A program made the position numbers and the translations under genes. 64,000 bases of DNA from Acidobacteriota bacterium (GTDB lineage Bacteria > Acidobacteriota > UBA890 > WLXD01): the NCBI GenBank assembly GCA_963666055.2, contig CAXWPH010000015.1:2016001-2080000 (forward strand). The letters run 5' to 3'. Under the pieces are notes generated by a model that saw only the letters and a list, made by a program, of their open reading frames with translations, was not told the origin of the DNA and made no database searches. Positions 1 to 11,763 of this stretch are shown here, one piece after another (the first letter of the stretch is position 1; the number at the start of each line of letters is the position of its first letter).

Positions 1-239
1 ACCTGCTGGAGCGCGGCGAGAACAAGATACTGCTCGACCTCGCCGGCGTCCGCTACATGGACAGCTCCGGTACCGGGGAGCTGGTCTCCTCATACACTTC
101 GTGCGCCAACCGCGGCGCCCAACTCAAGCTACTGAACCTCAGCTCCAAGGTGCGCGACTTGCTGATGTTTACGCAGCTCATCAGCATCTTCGAGGATTTC
201 GACGACGTCGCCGAGGCGGTCCACAGCTTCTCGGAATAG
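1..239 (+). CDS. STAS-domain anti-sigma factor antagonist (5' partial)
   Basis: Frame open from the window edge: LLERGENKILLDLAGVRYMDSSGTGELVSSYTS...QLKLLNL...IFE, the SpoIIAA/RsbV-type DSSG motif. Confidence 0.9.
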   Translation, partial: LLERGENKILLDLAGVRYMDSSGTGELVSSYTSCANRGAQLKLLNLSSKVRDLLMFTQLISIFEDFDDVAEAVHSFSE

Positions 240-332
240 GCTTCTCCCGGAGTAGGCGTCCGTCGCGCTCCAATCACCGGTTCGATTTGCCGTGCACTCC
301 AGCAAGTGTTCTCATACGTCGCGGGAGGGGCG

Positions 333-1579
333 GTGATCGGTCGGAGTGGTAGCTTGTTCGACAACGAGCGCCCCGCCGTGTTGGCTCTCGCCGACGGCAC
401 CCTCTTTCGAGGAATCGGCTTCGGGGCATCGTGCGTTCGTTGCGGCGAGGTGTGCTTCAACACCAGCATGACGGGCTACCAGGAGATCCTCAGCGATCCC
501 TCGTACGCCGGTCAGATCGTCGCCATGACGTACCCGCAAATTGGCAACGTCGGTGCCAACGCTGCCGACTCCGAGTCGCAGAGACCGGCGCTCGCCGGGT
601 TCGTCGTGCGGGAGGTATTCGACGAACCCAGCAACTGGCGCGCTGAGGAACCGCTCGGTGCGTACCTCAGCCGTCACGGTGTGCCTGGAATCTCCGACAT
701 CGATACCCGCGCACTGGTGCGGCGCATCCGTGACCGAGGCTGCCAGAACGGCGTGCTCTCAACCGATCCAGACCGACAAGACGGCGAAGCGCTAGCAGAA
801 ATCGCGCGTCGTGCGGCACCGATGGATGGCCTCGACCTGGTGGCGGAGGTGACCTGTTCCGAGCCCTACAACTGGGATGTTGGCGGCTGGCCCGGCATCG
901 ACGGGCAGCTGCCGCAACCGACCGTACCGGATGATCGATTGCAGCTGGTGGTCTTCGATTTTGGCATCAAGCACAACATCCTGCGGCTTCTAGTCGATCA
1001 TGGTTTCGAGGTCACCGTCGTACCGGCGCACACCACAGCGGACCAGGTGGCGGAGCTCGAACCGGACGCCGTCTTCCTGTCCAATGGCCCTGGCGATCCG
1101 GCAGCCGTGCGCGGGGTGCCCGACACGGTGCGACAGCTCGCCGATCGATATCCCATCTTCGGCATCTGTCTCGGCCATCAGATCCTCGGCCTGGCATTGG
1201 GCGGGTCGACCACCAAGCTGAAGTTCGGACACCATGGCGGCAACCAGCCCGGACGTGATGTCCACAGCGGTCGAGTGGCGATTTGTGCGGAGAATCATGG
1301 CTTCGCGGTCGAGCCCGAGTCCTTACGGCAAGCCGGAGAACCGGTCGAGATAACGCACATCAACCTCAACGACGGCACCGTGGAAGGGCTGGCGCACCTG
1401 ACGCGGCCGATCTTCTCGGTCCAGTACCACCCGGAGGCGTCGCCGGGCCCGCACGACGCGCGGTATTTCTTCCAGCGATTCCGGGACATGGTGCTGCGCC
1501 ACCGAGCTGGCGAAGTTGTTACGGGTGCCGACGTAGCGCGCGGCTCGGACCGTGGGCTCGGTGCTGCGGGCACCGCCTG

Positions 1580-1580
<1 letters not shown>
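333..1580 (+). CDS. carA: Carbamoyl-phosphate synthase small subunit
   Basis: [53 protein letters not shown]; GTG at 333 after GGAGG (start approximate). Confidence 0.98.
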
Positions 1581-4816
<3,236 letters not shown>

Positions 4817-4829
4817 CCGGACCGGAGCG

Positions 4830-5828
4830 ATGGCTGCGCGCGCCGCCCTCCACGCTCTCTCTGTCGCCGCCGGGGTGACCGTGGTCGTCGGCACGTCGGT
4901 TCTGCAAGATCCGGCCCCGGGCGACGTGGCTGGCGAGACGATTCCGGGCACGCAGGTCGCGTTCGAGATGGCGTTCGTTCCCGGCGGTGTGTTCGAGCTC
5001 GGCAGCCCTGTCGACGAGACTGGCCGCGACGATGACGAGGGTCCGGTCCGCCGGGTTCGCATCGAGCCTTTCTGGATGGGTGTACACGAGATCACCCATG
5101 ATGAGTTCGCGGTCTTCCGTTATCGGCGGCTGGACGATCATGCGAGTGCGGCGGCCGATCTACCGTTCGATGCCGATGCCGTGAGCCGACCGAGCCCGCC
5201 ATACGAGGACCCCGCCCACGGTATGAGCAAGGATGGGCACCCAGCCGTAGGCATGACGCGCCGGGCCGCTTTGCAGTACGCCCGCTGGCTGTCAACCAAG
5301 ACCGGAAGGCTGTACCGATTGCCCACTGAGGCCGAGTGGGAGTATGCCTGTCAGGCTGGCGAAGATCGCGCGTACGGATTCGACGGCGCTTCCGGCGAGC
5401 TTGGTGCACACGCCTGGCTGGCCAACAACAGCCGCGCGACGTACCAGGCGGTCGGTCTGAAGGCACCGAACGTCTGGCGCCTGCGTGATATGCACGGCAA
5501 CGTCGCCGAGTGGGTGGCCGATCGCTACGATGCGGCGTTCTACGCCAGCCTTCCGGATGGCGAGCCGGCGGCGGGTCCGATCTCCGGGCTGCCGGGTCGC
5601 GGCCAAGGTGTGGTTCGAGGTGGTTCTTACGTCGATGGGCCGGCCGACGCGCGCTGTGCGGCGCGTTTCCCCGAAACGCCATACTGGAAACGTCGCGACC
5701 GCCAGATTCCGAAGAGTCGCTGGTGGAACACTGATTCGGAGCACGTCGGATTTCGGATCGTCCGTCCGGCGCGCGACGTCGGGATCGACGAGATTCAGGC
5801 GTACTGGAACGCCGTATTGGGAGCGTAG
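4830..5828 (+). CDS. FGE/SUMF1-fold (formylglycine-generating enzyme family) exported protein
   Basis: RLPTEAEWEYAC, DMHGNVAEWV, RGGSY, GFRIVR motifs; hydrophobic N-terminus. Confidence 0.88.
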   Translation: MAARAALHALSVAAGVTVVVGTSVLQDPAPGDVAGETIPGTQVAFEMAFVPGGVFELGSPVDETGRDDDEGPVRRVRIEPFWMGVHEITHDEFAVFRYRRLDDHASAAADLPFDADAVSRPSPPYEDPAHGMSKDGHPAVGMTRRAALQYARWLSTKTGRLYRLPTEAEWEYACQAGEDRAYGFDGASGELGAHAWLANNSRATYQAVGLKAPNVWRLRDMHGNVAEWVADRYDAAFYASLPDGEPAAGPISGLPGRGQGVVRGGSYVDGPADARCAARFPETPYWKRRDRQIPKSRWWNTDSEHVGFRIVRPARDVGIDEIQAYWNAVLGA

Positions 5829-5840
5829 TACGGTGCTCGC

Positions 5841-5858
5841 CTAGCAGGCCATGGTGAA
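5841..5858 (+). repeat. Solo end of the CTAG-bounded repeat family
   Basis: CTAGCAGGCCATGGTGAA vs CTAGCAGGCCGTGGTGAA of the 38395-38757 element (17/18). Confidence 0.6.
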
Positions 5859-5888
5859 GCATGGCCCGCTGGCCATTGAGGAGGAACG

Positions 5889-7158
5889 ATGAACAGACGC
5901 GATTTCGTAATGACGAGCACAGCCGGCGACCGCCGACGCGATTCGGATCGGGCTGATTGGTTGTGGCGGGCGCGGCACAGGCGCGACGGTACAGGCGCTG
6001 AGCACCACGCAAGACGTCAAGCTCGTGGCGATGGCAGATGCGTTCGACGACAAGGTGCAGGCGAGCTACGAGACGATCACGTCGATTGAACGCGACGATT
6101 GGCTCGGTGGTAGCGCTGATCTGCGGGCTCGTATCGAAGTGCCTCCGGAGCGGCGTTTCTCGGGATTCGATGCCTACAAGCAGGTGATTCCGCTGGTCGA
6201 TGTGGTCATCTTGGCCACGCCTCCCGGTTTCCGTCCAACCCATTTCGAGGCGGCGGTCGAGGCCGGCAAGCACGTGTTCATGGAGAAGCCGGTGGCCACC
6301 GACGCACCCGGTGTGAGGCGCGTGGTTGAGGCCGGAAAGCGTGCCCGAGCGAACCAGATCAACGTCGTGGTCGGGCTGCAGCGACATTACCAGCGGATGT
6401 ATCGCGACTGGGTCGAGCGCATTCACGCTGGCATGATCGGCGACGTGATCCTCGGCCGTGTCTACTGGAACGGCGCCGGTGTGTGGGAAAGGCCGCGCCA
6501 GCCGCAGCAGACCGAGATGGAGTACCAGATGCGCAACTGGTACTACTTCAACTGGCTGTGTGGCGACCACATCGTCGAGCAGCACATCCACAACATCGAT
6601 GTCGGCAATTGGGTGATGGATGGGCACCCGGTACGAGCGCAGGGGCAGGGTGGCCGCCTGGTTCGAAAAGGCAAGGACCACGGCGAGATCTTCGATCATC
6701 ACTTCGTCGAGTACGAGTACGAAAACGGCAGCCGAGTGCTCAGCCAGTGTCGCCATATGCCTGACTGCATGGACCGGGTGTCCGAGGCTTTTCACGGCAC
6801 CAACGGCACCGCGCCCCGCCCCGGGGTGATACTCTCGAAGACGGGCAAGACGCTGTTCGAGTACGACGACAGCGCCGACCCGAACCCTTACCAGGTGGAG
6901 CACGACGAGTTGTTCGCGGCGGTGGCCGCAGGCGAGTTCACCTTCGCCGACACCGAGCGGGGCGTGGTGGCGACGATGACCGCGATCCTGGGTCGGATGG
7001 CGACGTACTCCGGACAGGTCGTTGAATGGGATCAGGCGGTGGCGTCGGACCTTGACCTAATGCCGGCTCGGCTCGCCTGGGATGCGCCTTCGCGGGTGCT
7101 CCCCAACGCACATGGTCGCTACCCGATCCCCACCCCCGGCGTCACGCGAGCCTTCTGA
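5889..7158 (+). pseudogene. Tat-exported Gfo/Idh/MocA oxidoreductase with a frameshift/deletion in the signal peptide (real lesion or assembly error)
   Basis: GAGGAGG RBS then MNRRDFV (Tat motif) in one frame; RAQPATADAIRIGLIGCGGRGTGA...ATPPGFRP...FMEKP...EQHIHNID in another frame; the h-region is missing. Confidence 0.8.
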
Positions 7159-7168
7159 GGCGAGTTCG

Positions 7169-8068
7169 GTGAGGCGCCGCGACTTCATGGGCATGTTGGC
7201 GGGCGTCGGCGCCGCTGCGGCCTGGGGAAGCTCCGCGGCGGGCGCCCAAGCGCAGTTCGGGCTCGACTACGCTCCGCACTTCGGGATGTTCCGCCACAAC
7301 GGCGGCGAAGACCCGATCGACCAGCTGCGATTCATGGCGGCGCAGGGTTTCGGCTCGGTCGAGGACAATGGGATGCGCCAGCGACCGGCTGCAGAGCAAG
7401 AACGCATCGCCAGGGAGATGTCGCGTCTCGAGTTGCGCATGGGGGTGTTCGTTGCTCACACCATCTACTGGCGCGAACCTAATCTCGCCAGCGGCGACGA
7501 GAACAAGCGGGCCGAGTTTCTCTCCGAGATGCGCTCCGCGGTCGAGGTGGCCAAGCGCGTTCATGCCACTTGGATGACGGTGGTTCCCGGTCACGTGGAC
7601 CTCGCTGTTCACCCGGATTACCAGACAGCCAACGTCGTCGAGGCCCTGAAACGGGCTGCGGCAATACTCGAGCCGCACAGCCTGACCATGGTGCTCGAGC
7701 CGTTGAACCCACGCGACCACCCCGGCCTCTTCCTCAAGGGGATTCCGCAGGCCTTCCAGCTCTGCAAGGCGGTCGACAGCCCGGCGTGCAAGATCCTCGA
7801 CGACCTCTACCACCAGCAGATCAGCGAGGGGAACCTCATTCCCAACATCGACGCGGCGTGGGACGAGATCGCCTACTTTCAGATCGGCGATAATCCAGGG
7901 CGCAACGAGCCCACCACCGGCGAGATCAACTACCGTAACGTCTTCCGCCACATTCACGACAAGGGCTTCGACGGAATTCTGGGAATGGAGCACGGCAATT
8001 CACAGCCCGGAGGTTCCGGGGAGCTGGCGGTTATCGATGCCTACCGCCGCGTCGATGTCCGACGCTAG
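7169..8068 (+). CDS. Tat-exported hydroxypyruvate isomerase (Hyi)/xylose-isomerase-like TIM barrel
   Basis: RRRDFMG twin-arginine leader; LEPLN, DLYHQQISEGN, QIGDNPGRNEPTTGEINY, GMEH. Confidence 0.88.
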   Translation: MRRRDFMGMLAGVGAAAAWGSSAAGAQAQFGLDYAPHFGMFRHNGGEDPIDQLRFMAAQGFGSVEDNGMRQRPAAEQERIAREMSRLELRMGVFVAHTIYWREPNLASGDENKRAEFLSEMRSAVEVAKRVHATWMTVVPGHVDLAVHPDYQTANVVEALKRAAAILEPHSLTMVLEPLNPRDHPGLFLKGIPQAFQLCKAVDSPACKILDDLYHQQISEGNLIPNIDAAWDEIAYFQIGDNPGRNEPTTGEINYRNVFRHIHDKGFDGILGMEHGNSQPGGSGELAVIDAYRRVDVRR

Positions 8069-8107
8069 CCAGCCGTGGTGGAAGTGTGGCGCGCCTGGCG
8101 GCAGGGT
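8065..8107 (+). repeat. Solo end of the CTAG-bounded repeat family overlapping a TAG stop codon
   Basis: CTAGCCAGCCGTGGTGGAAGTGTGGCGCGCCTGGCGGCAGGGT aligns with CTAGCAGGCCGTGGCGAAAGTGTGGTGGGTCTGGCGACAGGGT at 38395. Confidence 0.8.
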
Positions 8108-8137
8108 CTTGACAATGTCGACTACCCGGAGAGGATC

Positions 8138-9718
8138 ATGCGACGCTCGACGGTGATCTGCTGCTTGGCGCTCTCTGCCATCATGGCGATGGCCACGCCC
8201 ATCAACTCGCAGCAGCGCAGCGTCGCCCTGCGAGGCGGTGGGACCGGCGTGTTTCTCGATGGTTTCGCGGATCACACCATGATCCTGCGTCCGGCGGGCG
8301 ACGGCGGCTGGCGACTCGAATGTATCCGGGGCGACCGTCACGACGCCGCGGCTCTCCTCCGATCCGGTGATCGCGTCGCACCGCCGGCGAGCAACCTCGA
8401 CGGGCGCGACGATAATGGGCGCCTGGCGCGGGCCGCGGTCACCGCGGGCATGCGGTTTGATCCAGACGCCCCGACGGGCGTCGACGATGCGGGCCGCGTG
8501 CTGCTGTACATGCCAAAGCCGATCGAGCCGGGGTCGAGCGGGTCGCACTTTGACCGCACCGCCAGCCCTGACCTGCTCATGGAGCCAATTATTTCGCCTG
8601 ACTTGTTGTTCGACGAGGTCGACCTGACGGATGAGGCACTGCGCGATATGGGATGGCGTCCGGGGCAGTTCCGCTCGGAGCTGCGCTTCACGGACGACGC
8701 CGACAGCGGCTTCAACCACCCCGTCTTGGGGCCGGCGCGCCGCGCCGCCCAGCGGTTCATGCTCCGCGTCTGGGGACGGCTGCTTGGCAGCGCCTCGAAG
8801 GTCACGGTGGACGCGGGGTTCGCGGACCTGTCGTGCTCGGCCACGGAGGGAGCAACGCTGGCGCAAGCGGGTCCACTGTTCGTGTTCGCGGACTTCGCTG
8901 GCGGCTTGCCGGGCGTGTGGTATCCGGGACCGACGGCGGAGTCGATCGTCCGCGCCGACCTGAGTGAGTCCGACGAAGCCGACCTCGCGATCACCTTCAA
9001 CGCCGCGGTCGATGACGGATGCATGGGACCGGGCACCGGCTGGTACTACGGGCTCGACAACAACGTTCCGCCGGCGCAGGTGGCGTTCCTCCCGGTGGCC
9101 CTGCACGAGATGGCACATGGATTGGGGTTCGTCGGGCTGACGAACCTGGATACGGGAGCGTTCTTCCGGAATCTTCCTGACATCCTGGCGACGATGACGT
9201 TCGACAACCGGCGCAACAGAACCTGGGACGAGCTCTCTCGCGGGGGGCGCCGCAAGTCCGCGGTGCGCGACGGCGAGGTCGCCTTCACCGGCGCTAAGAG
9301 CCGGCGAGACGCGCAGCCGCTCCTGCGCGGGGCCCACGTGATTCAGATCACCGCCCCCGACAACCTGGCGGGAACCCACCTGGTCGGCCGGGCGCTCTTC
9401 GGCCCGGCGCTCGACGAAACCGGTCTGGCCGCCGACCTGGCGCTCGCCGATGATGGCACCACCACGCCGACGCTCGCCTGTGGGCGGCTCGCCAATGGCG
9501 GCGAGATTGCCGGCAAGATCGCGGTGATCGACCGTGGCGAGTGCCGCTTCGATGCTAAGGTGCAAGCGGCGCAAGACGCTGGTGCCGTAGGCGTGGTCGT
9601 GGTCAACAACGTCGGCGGTGCCGCGGTGGATATGGCCGGCGAAGACGCGTCGATCGTGATTCCCGCCGTTATGGTGGACATGCAGCTTGGCAAGAAGATC
9701 ACGCGACGCCTGAGGTAA
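8138..9718 (+). CDS. Secreted PA-domain zinc metallopeptidase (HExxH), apparently circularly permuted
   Basis: Signal peptide after GGAGAGG; GSSGSHFD and LLMEP; LHEMAHGLGF; C-terminal PA domain (GKIAVIDRGECRFDAKVQAAQDAGAVGVVVVNN). Confidence 0.85.
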   Translation: MRRSTVICCLALSAIMAMATPINSQQRSVALRGGGTGVFLDGFADHTMILRPAGDGGWRLECIRGDRHDAAALLRSGDRVAPPASNLDGRDDNGRLARAAVTAGMRFDPDAPTGVDDAGRVLLYMPKPIEPGSSGSHFDRTASPDLLMEPIISPDLLFDEVDLTDEALRDMGWRPGQFRSELRFTDDADSGFNHPVLGPARRAAQRFMLRVWGRLLGSASKVTVDAGFADLSCSATEGATLAQAGPLFVFADFAGGLPGVWYPGPTAESIVRADLSESDEADLAITFNAAVDDGCMGPGTGWYYGLDNNVPPAQVAFLPVALHEMAHGLGFVGLTNLDTGAFFRNLPDILATMTFDNRRNRTWDELSRGGRRKSAVRDGEVAFTGAKSRRDAQPLLRGAHVIQITAPDNLAGTHLVGRALFGPALDETGLAADLALADDGTTTPTLACGRLANGGEIAGKIAVIDRGECRFDAKVQAAQDAGAVGVVVVNNVGGAAVDMAGEDASIVIPAVMVDMQLGKKITRRLR

Positions 9719-9762
9719 TAGATGGTCCGATCGGTGCTTGCTACGGTCGTGCAGGTGCTCAC

Positions 9763-10893
9763 GTGAACCAAGACCGGCCGCCGCTCGTCGAGGACGTCTC
9801 CCACGACGGTGATTGGCTCACAGTCCGGTGGCGCGGCGGGCAACAGGCTCACTTCCCGGCAATCTGGCTGCGCGACAACATCCCCAGCGGTCGCCATACG
9901 CCGGAAGGGCAACGACTATTCGACATCGCCCAGCTGCCGGCTCGCATCACCCTGAGCGCCGCAACGCTTACTGCTGCCGGTAGCGTGGCCGTTACCTTCG
10001 ACCCAGAGGGAATTGACGACACCTTCGAAGCCGCCTGGTTGCAGCGCCATGCGCTCGACTCCGATGCCCGAGTAGCGCGACGCGCGCACCCGATCCGTTG
10101 GTCCGGGGAGCGACAGGAGCAGATGGAGTTCGTCGACTACGCACGCGTCAGCAGCGGAGCTGCCGAGCTCACCGCCTGGCTCCGCACCGTGCGCGACTAT
10201 GGCTTTGGTCTGCTGCGCAACGTCCCGACCGTCCCCGACACCGTGCTCGAGGTCGTTGGGCTCTTCGGCTTCGTGCGCGAGACGAGCTACGGTCGGCTGT
10301 TCGACGTGATCACCAAGCCCGATGCCGCGAACCTTGCCTATACCTCGATGACGGTCGGGGCGCATACCGACAACCCGTACCGCGATCCGGTGCCTGGCCT
10401 GCAGCTCCTGCACTGCCTGGTGTCCGAGGTCGAGGGCGGCGAGTCGGTGCTGGTTGACGGGTTCCAGGCCGCCGAACGCCTGCGATGCGACGCGCCGCAC
10501 CAGTTCGAGCTGCTGATCGAGCATCCGGTGGGCTTTCGCTACACCGAGCCGGGGTCCGTCGACCTGCGCAGCGAAGCCCCGCTAATCCAGACGAACCCGT
10601 CGGGAGAGGTGGTGGCGGTGCGCTACAACAGTCGTTCAGCGGCCCCGCTCGACATGCCGTCGGAGGTGCTTCCTGACTTCTACGACGCCTATCGCCACTT
10701 CGGCCGGCTGCTCGAGGACCCGGCCGCAGGGGTGTCGTTCAAGCTCGGCCCGGGAGACCTCATGATGTTCGACAACCATCGGGTGCTTCACGCCCGCAAG
10801 GGCTTCGCGGGCAACAAGCGGCACCTGCAGGGGTGCTACGCCGACAAGGACGGCTTGTACAGTACGTTGCGAATCCTCGAGGGTCGCACGTGA
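9763..10893 (+). CDS. Gamma-butyrobetaine hydroxylase-like Fe(II)/2-oxoglutarate dioxygenase, TmpA-like
   Basis: N-terminal WLRDN domain; NLAYT, HTDNPYRDP (HxD), FDNHRVLHAR, RHLQGCYAD; coupled to an HD protein. Confidence 0.85.
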   Translation: MNQDRPPLVEDVSHDGDWLTVRWRGGQQAHFPAIWLRDNIPSGRHTPEGQRLFDIAQLPARITLSAATLTAAGSVAVTFDPEGIDDTFEAAWLQRHALDSDARVARRAHPIRWSGERQEQMEFVDYARVSSGAAELTAWLRTVRDYGFGLLRNVPTVPDTVLEVVGLFGFVRETSYGRLFDVITKPDAANLAYTSMTVGAHTDNPYRDPVPGLQLLHCLVSEVEGGESVLVDGFQAAERLRCDAPHQFELLIEHPVGFRYTEPGSVDLRSEAPLIQTNPSGEVVAVRYNSRSAAPLDMPSEVLPDFYDAYRHFGRLLEDPAAGVSFKLGPGDLMMFDNHRVLHARKGFAGNKRHLQGCYADKDGLYSTLRILEGRT

Positions 10894-11447
10894 GCTCGAT
10901 TGTTGATGAGATCGAAGAGCTGTACGCTCGCCGCGGGCACGAGAGCTACGGCGAAGGCGTCACCATGCTCGAGCACTCGCTGTTGACCGCTCAGGCCGCC
11001 GAGCAGGCCGGTGCGCCAGACGCCTTGGTGGCAGCATGTCTGCTGCACGACATCGGTCATTTCCTCGAGGAAGCCGACGACGCCTATGGTGTTCACGACC
11101 ACGGCGACGCATCGGGTGACTATCTGGCACGCTTCTTCCCTGCCAGCGTCAGCGAGCCGGCTCGGCTTCACGTCGCGGCCAAGCGTTACTTGTGTGCAGC
11201 CGATACCGAATATGTCAACGCGCTTTCGGATGCCTCGCGATACACGCTCGAGAAACAGGGTGGGCCGATGTCACCTGTGGAGCGTCGCGAGTTCGAGGCC
11301 AATCCGTACCACCGCGACGGGGTGCGCTTGCGCAAATGGGAAGACTCGCGGGGCAAGCACACCGGCAAGCAGCCGCCCGACTGGTCGCACTTCCGCTCGC
11401 TGCTGGAGCACCTCGCAGCGTCGCCGGCACAGGCCACTAGCGCCTAG
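10890..11447 (+). CDS. HD-domain diiron oxygenase, PhnZ/TmpB-like
   Basis: YGEGVTMLEH, LLHDIGH, LHVAAKRYLC, LSDASRYTLEKQGGPM; GTG overlaps the upstream stop (GTGA). Confidence 0.85.
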   Translation: MSSIVDEIEELYARRGHESYGEGVTMLEHSLLTAQAAEQAGAPDALVAACLLHDIGHFLEEADDAYGVHDHGDASGDYLARFFPASVSEPARLHVAAKRYLCAADTEYVNALSDASRYTLEKQGGPMSPVERREFEANPYHRDGVRLRKWEDSRGKHTGKQPPDWSHFRSLLEHLAASPAQATSA

Positions 11448-11763
11448 GCTCTCAGGGGCTGTTGGCCTCGAACGAGCTCGCGGCGCTTCGGATGCGCCTC
11501 GAATCGGGCCTGGTCGCGCGGACCCAACGTAGCGCCTTGCTCGAAGGTAGACACACGTTGGCGACGCGGCGCGACATGGGCGGATTCGATTGACTAATAA
11601 TGTGTTCCGCTGGTCGTCGCGAACTCTGACGCGTCTACAGGATCCCCACCAGTGACGCGCCGTCGCCGCGTTGGGTCACGTCCGGACCTGACACCGGGGA
11701 TCGGCGACAGGTGGCAAGACCCGGGCGACAGAAATGCGCATAGGTTGCATGCCAGCCGCGACG

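Noticed and set aside
240-332. PyrR-type attenuator upstream of carA
   Set aside because: No PyrR loop consensus or terminator hairpin with U-tract is visible
1283-1579. 99-aa N-terminal extension of carB in the ORF track
   Set aside because: It overlaps carA; the canonical CarB start MPRRTD is at 1580
5092-6903. Long antisense ORFs (also 1295-3493, 8000-9574, 11594-13009, 38741-40039)
   Set aside because: Shadow frames of well-supported genes in GC-rich DNA; no motifs
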